Under the pieces are notes generated by a model. The model had not been told where the DNA came from. It did not search any database and worked only from the letters and a program-made list of their open reading frames with translations. The position numbers and the translations under genes are program-made. From Mobula hypostoma (Eukaryota), in assembly GCF_963921235.1 (NCBI RefSeq), contig NC_086097.1, positions 43,960,001 to 44,024,000 of the forward strand: a stretch of DNA of 64,000 nucleotides, given 5' to 3'. Position 1 is the first letter of the stretch. Each line of letters starts with the position of its first letter. This document shows, piece after piece, positions 36,741 to 48,030 of this stretch.

Positions 36741-38240
36741 GAATGCCTGGCATGGGCAGCAATCCAGAGGTTCCTTCCTTGGACGTCCTGCTTTTCAGCT
36801 CTCTACCTAACCCCATATTCTCTCTTCAAGACTTCCTTCTTTTTCCTACTTGTCATTGGAACCAATAGGCAATATTTCAGGCTGTTCGCTCTTTAGAATG
36901 CTATGGACCTGACCTGAGGCATCCCTGACCCTGGCACCTGGGAGGTAAAATACCATCCGGGTGATACTTTCATGTCCACAGAATCTTCTGTCTGCTCCTC
37001 CAACTAGGGAATTCCCTATCATTACTGCACTCCCCTTCCGAGCCACAGAGCCCGACTCGGTGCTGGAGACCTGACTGCTGTGGCTTTTCTCTGTGTACCT
37101 GTGCTCTGCCTGTTGCTGAGGGGAACGGCCACAGGGGAACTCTGCAATGATTCCTTATCACCCTTTCCCCTCCTGATGATCAGCCAGTTGCCTGTGTCCT
37201 TCAGCTTGGTTGTAATTACCTTCCTATATGTCCTGTTCATCAACCCCTCGGCCTCCCAAATGATCTGGAGTTCATCCAGTTCCAGCTCCAATTCCTTAGC
37301 CTGGTCTGTAAGAAGCTGTAGCGGGATGCACCTCTTGCAGGTGTAGTCATCAGAAGCTCTGGAGGTCTCCCTGCTTTCCCACATCCCGCAAGAGGAGCAT
37401 TCCACTATCCTGTCTGACATCCCCACTGCTCTAACCGTACAGGACGAAGGAAGGAAAGAAAATTTCTTTCTTTCTTTTTCAATCTTTTTACTAATTTCAT
37501 AAAATATAAACATGACATAATAATAGTACAAAGTAATTGGGAATACATTGTTATACTTAACATGAGTAATTATAAAACCAAATAGTACTTAATTGACAAA
37601 ATTCCCAATCATATAGGGTACCAATGAATAATACAGAACAAAAAAAATCTAGACAAAGATCATGAAAAAGGAAAAAAAAAATAATAACCCCTTCAAAAAA
37701 AACTAAACAGAATTAATCAACTAAACTAAAAAAAAGACCTGGGCTGTTTTAACATCATAAAAAATGGGAGAAAAGAAAAGCTTACTGTCGATGACTCCGT
37801 TCCTCTCAACCAATACTACAGAGAAGTAAAATAAGTTTGGAAATGGTCAAATTACATCATATGAAAATGCTGAATAAATAGCCTCCAAGTGTTTTCAAAT
37901 TTAATGGAAGGGTCATAAATCACACTTCTAATTTTTTTCCAAATTTAAACACAACATAGTTTGTGAAAACCAATGAAATATAGTAGGAGGGTTAATCTTG
38001 TTCCAGTTCAGTAAAATGGATCTTCTAGCCATTAAAGTAAGAAATGCAATCATCCGACGAGTTGAAGAGATTAAATGATTTGATTCTATCATTGGTAACC
38101 CAAAAATAGCAGTAATTGGGTGAGGGGAAAGAAAATTTAATTGAGAAAAAAAAAACTACCTATAGCCTTCACCTCTCCTTGCTGAAGCCTCTATAAGCCA
38201 AAGCCTGAGCTCCCCACTCTAACATTGGCTGTTCTGCTTA
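36740..38240 (-). mobile_element. CR1 5' UTR + ORF1 fragment, interrupted by L1
   Basis: MSDRIVECSSCGMWE…CKRC, IGNSLVGGADRRFCG, LPGARVRD, IGSND. Confidence 0.8.
37466..38125 (-). mobile_element. L1 3' fragment with 13-bp TSD
   Basis: Minus strand translates as PHPITAIFGLP…ARRSILLNW…PPT…LNLEK, ending TAA at 37852. A-rich tail. TSD GGAAAGAAAATTT at 37453-37465 and 38126-38138; target TTT/AA. Confidence 0.85.
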
Positions 38241-38892
38241 AAGCTAACTTCTTTATATTGGCCCTAGCCTAGTGCTTAATTTTGCATAATCCAATGTTCC
38301 CTTGGGAACCAGTTCTTGATTCAACAGGCACATCCTACTCACTACAGTATAGCAGCACTATGACTACTTTACACTAAAATTTATTTTTTGTCTAATCGAA
38401 TTCTTTCTTGACAAAATTGTGTATGATTTATGCTTAATTAATGTTTTTTTTGTGAATGCTGCTTAACTTAGGCAATGTGCCTGTGATGCTACTAAAAGTA
38501 CATTTTTCATTTCACTTGTGCAAACATATATTTGTTCATATTACATAAACTTGACTTTGTCTTTGACCTAAGTGCAACATTTTGCATGTTTGCTGATAAT
38601 ACGAAAGATGGCCAGGAACTTAATTGTGGTGAGACACGATGGGGCAATGAAGGTGTGTGGATAGATTAAGTGAGTGAATCTAGCAGATGGAGTGTATTGA
38701 AGGTAAATTTGATACTACCACTTTTTCAGGAGGGAAAGGTAAAACAAGTATTAATTAAATGGTGTGAGGCCATCGATCATTGTTATTGAGAGAAACTGTT
38801 ATTTGGGGGTCCTCATCTAAAGTAAATGGGGCACACTAGCAAGCAGATACAGCAATTAATTAAGAAGAAAAGTGGAATAGAACATAGAATAT

Positions 38893-39127
38893 GTGGTAGT
38901 GTAGTGGTTAGCACAATGATTTACAGTAGGTTCGATTCCCGTGGCTGCCTGTGTGGACTTTGTCTGTTCTCCCCTGTTCCTCCGATTTCCTCTCACATTC
39001 CACAGATGTGGCGGTTGGTAGATCAATTGGTCACTGTAGGTTGTCCCATAATTAGGCCAGGATTAAATAGGGAGGTTGAAGGGTCGGAAGGCCATACTCT
39101 GCACTGTATCTCAATAAATAAATAATA
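38893..39127 (+). mobile_element. tRNA-derived V-SINE-like element
   Basis: A box TAGTGTAGTGG at 38897, B box GGTTCGATTCC at 38929, (TAAA)n tail. Confidence 0.75.
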
Positions 39128-39871
39128 AGCATTTGAGCACAGTACAGGCCCTTCAGCCCACGATGGTGTGCCGAACTCTTAACCTACTGTACAATCAATT
39201 TATCCCTTCCCTCCTACATAACCCTCCATTTCTCCATCTTCCATGTGGCTGTCTAAGAGTTTCTTAAATGCCCTAATGTATCTGGCTCTACCGCTACTCC
39301 GGCCGGGATATTCCCCACACCCGCCACTCTTCCTGGAAAGTATTCACCTTCTTTTTGAATTGATAGATCTGGTTTACAAATGCCAGATGTTTTGGAGATT
39401 CTTTTAAATAATGCAGATTTTTTGTAAAATTTCATAACCGAGAACTTAAAGTTGAGAAATAACATATTTATATACTTAAAATATTGGGGAAATATGAGAT
39501 TTACTCATATCAATCTGCCAATTCCATTTCATTGTCTTGATTACAAAAGACTGATGGATGTAGCTGCAACTCAGAATGATAAAACTATTTGTTGTTGTGC
39601 TTAGAATCAAGCTTCCTTCTAATCTTGGCGACAGGCCAAATTGTTCAATAGTCCAGAAAATTGATGCAAAGGTGGCCAATTTCTTCTAATGAATCAGAAT
39701 CCAAATCGGGTTTATTATCGCTGACATATATTGTGAAATTTATTGTTCTGCTGCAGCAATACATAAAAAATATGGTAAGTTACAGAAGAGATATAAAACA
39801 AATTAAGTAGTGCAAAAAAAAGAGCACGAAGTGAGGTAATGAATTCACAGTTTCAGCAGACAGCTTGGTAG

Positions 39872-40451
39872 TAGTAGGCAGCTGTCGATCCTGGCGATCA
39901 TGGGTTTGTGTCTCTGGATTGTGTCCTCTCCAGGGCGCAAGCTTGGGCCGGAAGATTTGAAGAACCGGCTGTTTCCCATGCAGCCGGCTCCCCCTCTCCA
40001 CGTCACCGAGGTAGTCCAAGGGAAGGACAAGCAGTGTTGTTGCAGAGGTTGCCAGAGTGAAGTTGTAAACAACATCAAATTGCCTTAGGGACCCGGCTCC
40101 ACATTTCTTCCTCGGGGTTTACTCCCGAAGCTTTTTCTATGGGTGGGTATGGCCGCAAGGCAATGGAAGTTTAAAATCAGTTTTCTTCTCATAGGCGGGC
40201 TGCTGTCCAAGGCTGACGAGCCCCACCTGCCCGAAGCAACTATTTTTTTGGCGTCAGTTGTCACTTTTGCCCCTCCTCTTGTCGGTAGAAACCGTCCCAC
40301 CAGGCCGAGTAGCTAATCCACATATGAAGGCCAAGAGTTGGATTTGGTTGTCAGAGGCTGTTAGAGACACAAGCCATTTGGAGCACTTTATAGGTAGTGG
40401 AAGCTTATACCCACTACCACCCCTGGCTATGACAGCCTTAGGAACCAAAAA
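39872..40451 (-). mobile_element. Non-coding short retroelement, probably RTE-derived
   Basis: TSD AGCTTGGTAG at 39862-39871 and 40452-40461. (CTA)n tail. No pol III boxes. The RTE assignment is from recall only. Confidence 0.65.
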
Positions 40452-41979
40452 AGCTTGGTAGGAAGCACATAAATTGAATATTAGCCAATTTAGAAATCTA
40501 CAAAAGCTGACAAAAAGGTTCCCTAACTAGCAGCTCAGTAACCTTGCTAATTTTGACATAGTTACAAAGGGATTTGTAGTCCAGAGTTCAGGACTGTATC
40601 ACCCCAAAGTACCCTTCTCTGTTTAATTGCCACAGGATTAAAAGAAATGCATCCACCTTTAGCCCCCTCACCCCAGTCCAGAAGGATGTGCCTTATTTTC
40701 TGCACTCTGAGATCAAACACTTGGCGGATCTCATCTGCCCTTCCTTCTCAGTTTGAGTGATGGAAGTGATGGAATTCCTTCTCAGTTTTATTGCTACTGA
40801 TCAACTTGACCACTTGCTGTAATTCGGTGTAAGCTTGCTTTAAAAGTGTATTTTGCAGATGAAAAGAATGGCAAGTAGCCAAGGAGCAGCTGTTTCTGAT
40901 CTCCTGCTCCATGAGTGTGATAACTTATTATAATTTGATCTCCAAGTAGGAGTAAAATAAAACATGTTTGGAGTCCAAGTTATACAAAAGAATATTAAAA
41001 ATAAAGCCTTACTATAGCTGGATGACCAGAACTGTGCAAAGTACTCCAAGTGTGGCCTCACTACTGACTCGTTCAGTTGGAACATCCTGACTCCTGTACT
41101 CAGTACCCTGACCAAGAAGGCAAGTCTGCCAGATGCCTTCTTTGCCGCCCTTTCTACCTGTACCATTGTTTGTAGGAAACAATGTACCTGTTCCCATAAG
41201 ACCATGAGAGATAGGAGCAGAGTTGGGCCATTCAGTCTGCTCCAGCATGCCATCACGGCTGATCCCGGATCCCACGCAACCCCATACGCCTGGCTTCTCA
41301 CCATATTCCTTGATGCCCTGACCAGTCAGGAATCTATCAACTTCCATCTTAAACATACTTACGGACTTGGCCTCCACTGCAGTCTGTGGCAGGGCATTCC
41401 ACAGATTCACTACTCTCTGTCTAAAAAAATTCCTCCTTACCTCTGTTCTGAAAGGTCGCTCCTCAGTTTTGAGGCTGTGCCCTCTAGTTCTGGATACCAC
41501 CATCATAGGAAACACATCTATCCTATCTAGTCCTTTTAACATTCTGTAGGTTTCAGTGAGATCCCCCTGTAGCTTTCTGTTCTACAACACTCTCCAGGGG
41601 GCTACCATTCATTCTGTAAATCCCACCATGGTTTAACTTAATAAAACACACTTGTCCAGTATAAATTCCATTTGCCATTCCCCGGTCCAATTTCCCCAGT
41701 TCATCCAGATCCTGTTGTGACCTTAGATAACCTTCTCCACTGTTTACAAAACCATCAATTTTGATGTAATCCGCAAATTTACTAATCACGTCAATTACAC
41801 TGTCATCCAAATCAAACAACAGTGGTGATATTTGCACCACACCACTGGTCAACAAGTCTCCAATCTGAATAACAGTCCTCCACTACCACCCTCCGTTTCC
41901 TTCCACCAGAACAATTTTGTACACATTTCCAGACCTGCCTACCGTGCAGGACCTTGAAAAAGTCCATTTAGACAATGTC

Positions 41980-43686
41980 AAACAAGAGAAAATCCGCAGA
42001 TGCTGGAAACCCAAGCAACACACACAAAATGCAGGAGGAACTCAGCAGGCCAGGCAGTATCTGTGGAAAAGAGTACAGTCGACGTTTTGGGCCGAGACCA
42101 TTCAGCAAGACTGGAGAAAAATAGATGAGGAGTCAGAGGAAGAAGGTTGGGGGGGGGAGGGGAGGAAGGAAAAAACAAGGTGATAGGTGAAACTTGGAGG
42201 GGGGGAAGGGTGAAGTAAGGAAAAAGGAAGTTGACTGGTGAAAGAGATAAAGGGCTGGATAGGAGAGGACAGAAGACTATGGAAGAAAGACAAGGGGGAG
42301 GAGCACCAGAGGAAGGTGATGGACAGGTAAGGAGATAAGGTGAGAGAGGGAAATGGGAATGGGGTATGATGTAGGAGGGCATTACCATAAGTTCAAGAAT
42401 GTTCATGCCACCAGGAGGGAGGCTACCCAGACAGAATATAAGGTGTTGCTCCTCCAACCTGAGTGTGGCCTCATTGCGACAGTAGAGGAAGCCATGGACT
42501 GATATGTTGGAAAGGGAATGGGAAGTGGAATTGAAATGGGTGGCCACCAGGAGATCCCACTTTTTCTGGCGGAGTCTCCCAATCTATGTCGGGGCTCGTC
42601 AATATACAGCAGTCTACACTGGGATCACCGAATACAGTATATGACCCCAGTGGACTCACAGGTGAAGTGTCGCCTCACCTGGAAGGACTGTTTGGGGCCC
42701 TGAACGGTAGTGAGGGAGGAGGTGTAGGAGCAGGTGAAGCACTTGTTCTGCTTGCAAGGATAAGTGCCAGGTGGGAGGTCAGTGGGGAGGGATGGGGGGT
42801 GGGGACGAATAGAGAAGGGAGTCGCAGGGGGAGCGATCCCTGTGGAAAGCAGAAAGTGAGGGGTTTGGGAAAGATATGTTAGGTGGTGGGATCTCATTGG
42901 AGATGGCGGAAGCTACAGAGAATTATATACTGGACACGGAGGCTGATGGTGTGGTAGGTGCGGACAATAGGAACCCTATCCCTGGTGGGGTGGTGGGAGG
43001 ATGGGGTGAGGGTAGATGTGCACAAAATGGAAGGGATCCGGTTGAGAGTAGAGTTGATGGTGGAGGAAGGGAAGCCCCTTTCTTTGAAGAAGGAGGACGT
43101 CTCCTTCATTCTGGAATGAAAAGCCTCATCCTGAGAGCAGATACAATGGAGATGGAAGAATTGAGAGAAGGGGATAGCATTTTAACAAGTAACAGGATGG
43201 GAGGAGATATAGTCCAGGTAGCAATGAGTCAGTAGGACCTTATATTCCATCTGGGTAGCCTCCAACCTGATGGCATGAACATCAATTTCTTAAACTTATG
43301 GTAATGCCACTCCCTTCACCATTTCCCATTCCCATTCCCCTCCCTCACCTAATCTCCTTACCTGCCCATCACCTCCCTCTGGTGCTCCTCCCCTTTTTCT
43401 TTCTTCCATGGCCTTCTGTCCTCTCCTATCACATTCCCCTTTCTCCAGCCCTGTATCTCTTTTCACCAATCAACTTCCCAGCTCCTTACTTCACCCCTCC
43501 CCTCCCCTCCTCCCGGTTTCACCTATCACCTTGTGTTTCTTCCTCCCCTCCCCCCACCTTCTAACTCTAACTCCTCATCATTTTCTCTCTGGTCCTGATG
43601 AAGGGTCTCAGCCTGAAATGTCAACTATACTCTTTTCCATAGATACTGCCTGGCCTGCTGAGTTCCTCCAGCATTTGTTTGTGTTG
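41980..43686 (-). mobile_element. Penelope-like element with inverted pLTR (43237-43686, plus strand)
   Basis: RT-thumb and GIY-YIG remnants on the minus strand. TSD TTTAGACAATGTC at 41967-41979 and 43687-43699. Decayed hammerheads at about 42076-42113 (-) and 43591-43626 (+). Confidence 0.9.
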
Positions 43687-44124
43687 TTTAGACAATGTCT
43701 ACTGCTTTGTCATCTTCAATCTTCTTTATTATCTCCTCGAAAATCTTAATTAAACTTGTGAGGCACGAATTCTCTTCACCATCAGTTCCTAGCTTTCCAA
43801 ACACTGGTAGCTGCTATCCTTTAGAATCCCCTCCTGTAACTTCCCCACCACTGATGTTAGGCTCACCAGCTTGGTGTTCAGCTTGCATCCCTTCTTAAAC
43901 AAAGGCACAAACTTAGCTACTCTCCAGTCTTCCAGCACCTCACCTGCAGTTAAAGATGATGCAAATATCTCTGTCAAGGCCCCTTCCATAGGTTCATAAA
44001 AAATCCTAGAATGTACTTGAACAGGCCCCAGGGACTTATCCACCTCAATAGGCTTTGCAACCTCAAGCATCTGCTCCGTCGTAACGTAGACATGGACGTG
44101 TACATTGATTTCCCTCAACTCATT

Positions 44125-44415
44125 CTTTCGTTATGAGATGCAACATTGACCAAGCCCTTCTAGGCCTTCGATTCTCACACCCAGCAACCCCTGGTTTGGC
44201 CCTAGCCTAATCAAGGGACACTTTACAGTGACCAAATAACCTACTGACCGGTATGTCTTTGGACCGTGGGCAGAAACTGGTGCACCCGGAGAAAGCCCAC
44301 GCATTGAACGGCAAGGAGGTACAGACTCCTTACAGATGATGTGAAATTGAACTCTGAACTCCGACGCCCCAAGCTGTAATAGTGTCGCACTAACTGCTAG
44401 TCTACCGAGGTGCCC
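44125..44415 (-). mobile_element. V-SINE-like element
   Basis: Homologous to 12176-12482 (GTATGTCTTTGGA…GGTGCACCCGGAGAAA…CTCCTTACAG). Confidence 0.7.
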
Positions 44416-44724
44416 ATTCAGCTTCCATTATCTTTTCCATAGTAAATACGGACAAGAAATATTCATTTAAAAACTTGCCGTCTCCTGTGATTCCACACAC
44501 AGATTACCACACTATTATTAAGGGTACAGCACTTATTCTTTTCCTAGTATCATTTTGCTCTTAATATACTTGTAGAATCATAAGCATTCTCCTTTACCTC
44601 AAAGCTATCTCATGACCACTTTTTCACAAAGTAAATTCATTATGAAAATACATAAACTACCTTGAGATTCATTTTCTTGCAGGCATTTACAGAAAATAAA
44701 GAAACATTTAGCATGTATCTTTAA

Positions 44725-45852
44725 AAAACATAGAAAACCTACAGCACAATACAGGCCCTTCGGCCCACAAAGTTGTGCTGAACATGTCCCTACCTTAGAA
44801 ATTACTAGGCTTCCCCATAGCCCTCTATTTTTCGAAGCTCCATGTACCTATCTAAAAGTCTCTTAAAAGACACTATCGTATCTGCCTCCAACACCGTTGC
44901 CGGCAGCCCATTCCACACACTCACTACTCTGAGCAAAAAACTTACCCCTGACATCACCTCTGTACCTGCTCCCGAGAACCTTAAACCTGTGTCCTCTTGT
45001 GGCAACCATTTCAGCTCTGGGAAAAAGACTCTGACTATCCACACGATCAATGCCTCTCATCGTCTTATACACCTCTATCAGGTCACCTCTCATCCTCTGT
45101 CGCTCCAAGGAGAAAAGGCCGCGTTCACTCAACCTGTTTTCATAAGGCATGCTCTCCAATCCAGGCAACATCCTTGTAAATCTCCTCTGCACCCTTTCTA
45201 TGGCTTCCACGTCCTTCCTGTAGTGAGGCGACCAGAACTGAGCACAGTACTCCAAATGGGGTCTAACCAGGGTAGTATATAGCTGCAACATTACCTCTTG
45301 GCTCCTAAATTCAATTCCACGATTAATGAAGACCAATACACCGTATGCCTTCTTAACCACAGCGTCAACCTGTGCAGCTGCTTTGAGCATCCTATGGACT
45401 CGGACCCCAAGATCCCTCTGATCCTCCACACTGCCAAATGTCTTACCATTAATACTATATCCTGCTATCATATTTGACCTACCAAAATGAACCACCTCAC
45501 ACTTATCTGGGTTGAAAGTTTTGCATCCTATCAATGTCCCACTGTAACCTCTGACAGCCATCCACACTATCCACAACACCTCCAACCTTTGTGTCATCAG
45601 CAAATTTGCTAACCCATTCCTCCACTTCCTCATCCAGGTCATTGATAAAAATCACGAAGAGTAAGGGTCCCAGGATAGATCGCTGAGACACGTGACTGGT
45701 CACCAACCTCCATGCAGAATATGACCTATCTACAACCACTCTTTGCCTTCTGTGGGCAAGCCAGTTCTGGATCCACAAAGCAATATCCCTTTGGATCCCA
45801 TGCCTCCTTACCTTCTCAATAAGCCTTGTATGGAGTACCTTATCAAATGCCT
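44725..45852 (-). mobile_element. CR1 3' fragment
   Basis: Colinear with 27465-28625; RT C-terminal motifs. Confidence 0.9.
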
Positions 45853-46726
45853 GTAATGTTAAATCCAGATCTCATCCTCTTACCCTGCACTTTAAGTAGA
45901 CAACATAAACTTGTGTCTTTAATAAAAACAAATCCTCTGACCATGGACCGTTTTTAATTGAAAAGAATAGTGTAGCATCTTGTCTTTGCTGTCTGCACGG
46001 TAATCTGACAAAGCCTAAGGCTTTGGCAGTTCATCCAAGAGTTCAACAAAGTACAAAACATTAAAAGTACTGACAGTAAGAAGTTTGAAGAAAGTTGGGA
46101 ATAACAAATAAATAGAAATAATGAAATTAATGAGGTATATTCTAATTCAATTCAATCGCTTGTATTGATTTATCTTGAGAATTGTCCTTTTAAACAAAAG
46201 TACAAATACTCCTCGATTTATGAAGGCTTCATATTGCCAAGTGTTATAGTAAGTAAAGCTTTGTTAATTAAAGATTGCCTGTTAGTTTCAACATGAAAAC
46301 TTTGGGTGCATTAGGAATATTGGTTAAAATATTAAAACACATCAACACATGTATCTGAAATAATGATAGCTCATTTTATTGATAATTAAATCTTAAATAA
46401 TACAAGAATATATATAATGTATCCTACTGTCAAAAATCCTGAGGGGTCTCGAAAGGGTGGACACATCTGCTTGTGTCTTATATTTTTATGGTCAAAATCT
46501 GAAACTAGGGTCACTGTCTAGTTTTTACCCATTAATGCCAGAAAATAGGCGATTTTTGTTTCTTTGAGAAGATGATCAATCTTGGACATCCTCTTCTCAA
46601 GGGCTGGCAGAAGTGGAATCTCCTTCGAGGTAGATTCTTGAAAAGGAAAGGGCTGCAAGGTCCTTACAGTATGTGAAAGTACTGTATGGAGAAGGAAGTC
46701 TGAGAATCGGAGTGGGAGTGCGGAGG

Positions 46727-46828
46727 AAGCCATTTTTGAATTTTTCGGTTTTTTTTCCCATTGGCGTTCAGAGAGGCGGGACTGCGCAGGTGTGTGACGT
46801 CGGGCAGTGAAGCGCGGAAGATTTAAAA
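46727..46828 (+). promoter_or_regulatory. Putative pol II promoter motif cluster at the CR1 5' end
   Basis: GCCATTTT (YY1-like), ATTGG (CCAAT), GAGGCGGGAC (GC box), TGCGCAGGTG (NRF1-like), TGACGTC (CRE), CGGAAG (ETS) and TTTAAAA within 100 bp. Confidence 0.55.
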
Positions 46829-46992
46829 GGAACAGAGCCTTATACAGTGGGCAGCGTAGTTTGTGGGCAGCGGAGTGAGCCGGGAGCAGAGTGAAGGCTT
46901 AAGGGCTTCGGCTCAATGGGCTTAGGCGGAAACGGGCGAGGTGAGGAAGGTTTGGTATTCATTTTTTGTTGTTATTTGAGGAGAGGGGCAGT

Positions 46993-47929
46993 ATGAGTGT
47001 GAGGGCAGTTTGTTGTTCTTGGTGCCAGATGTGGGAGGTCCTGGAGTCTCCAAGCCTCCCGGACGTCCACATCTGCGCCAGGTGCACAGAGATGCAGCTC
47101 CAAAGGAACCGCGTTAAGGAACTGGAGCTGCAGCTCGATGACCTTCGTCTGGTCAGAGAGAGTGAGGAGTTGATAGAGAGGAGTTACAGGCAGGTGGTCA
47201 CACCGGGGCCACGGGAGGCAGACAAGTGGGTCACGGCTAGGAGTGGGAAGAGGAAGACTCAGGTAATAGAGAGTACCCCAGTGGCTGTGCCCCTTGACAA
47301 TAGGTACTCCTGTTTGAGTACTGCTGGGGGTGGACAGCTTACCTGGGGGAAGTGACAGTGGCCGTGCCTCCGGCACAGAGTCTGGCCCTGTAGCTCAGAA
47401 GAGTAGGGCAAGGAAGAGGAGGGCAGTTGTAATAGGGGACTCGATAGTAAGGGGATCGGATAGGCGATTCTGTGGACGCAGTCCAGAGACCCGGATGGTA
47501 GTTTGCCTCCCTGGTGCCAGGGTCCGGGATATTTCTGATCGCGTCCAAGATATTCAGAAGTGGGAGGGTGAGGAGCCAGAGGTCGTGGTACATATAGGTA
47601 CCAATGACATAGGTAGGAAAAGGGAAGAGGTCCTGAAAGGAGAATATAGGGAGTTAGAAAGGGAGTTGAGAAAAAGGACTGCAAAGGTAGTAATCTCAGG
47701 ATTACTGCCTGTGCTATGCGACAGTGAGAGTAGGAATACAATGAGGTGGAGGATAAATGCGTGGTTGAGGGATTGGAGCAGGGGGCAGGGATTCAAGTTT
47801 TTGGATCATTGGGACCTCCTTTGGCGCAGGCGTGACCTGTACAAAAAGGACGGGTTACACTTGAATCCTAGGGGGAACAATATCCTAGCGGGAAGATTTG
47901 CAAGGGCTACTGAGGTGACTTTAAACTAG
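46993..47929 (+). pseudogene. CR1 ORF1 (Zn finger, coiled coil, SGNH esterase), one frameshift near 47330
   Basis: CCSWCQMWE…CARC, GDSIVRG, HIGTND, DGLHLN. Confidence 0.88.
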
Positions 47930-48030
47930 AACGGTTGGGGGGTGGGAATCAAATTAAAGAGACTAGGAGAGAGGAGGTTAGTTCACAACAGGGGGATGGG
48001 AACAAGTGCAGAGAGACAGCGGGGTGTAAA

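Larger units (their letters stand above)
41010..44620 (-). mobile_element. Old fragmented CR1 hosting a younger CR1 end (41195-41548), a Penelope element and a SINE
   Basis: VRPHLEYFAQFWS, ISKFADYIKI and DWRVAKFVPLFKKG in colinear order. Confidence 0.75.

Noticed and set aside
38893..38945. tRNA gene
   Set aside because: The A/B boxes run into a SINE body and tail, and no cloverleaf forms.
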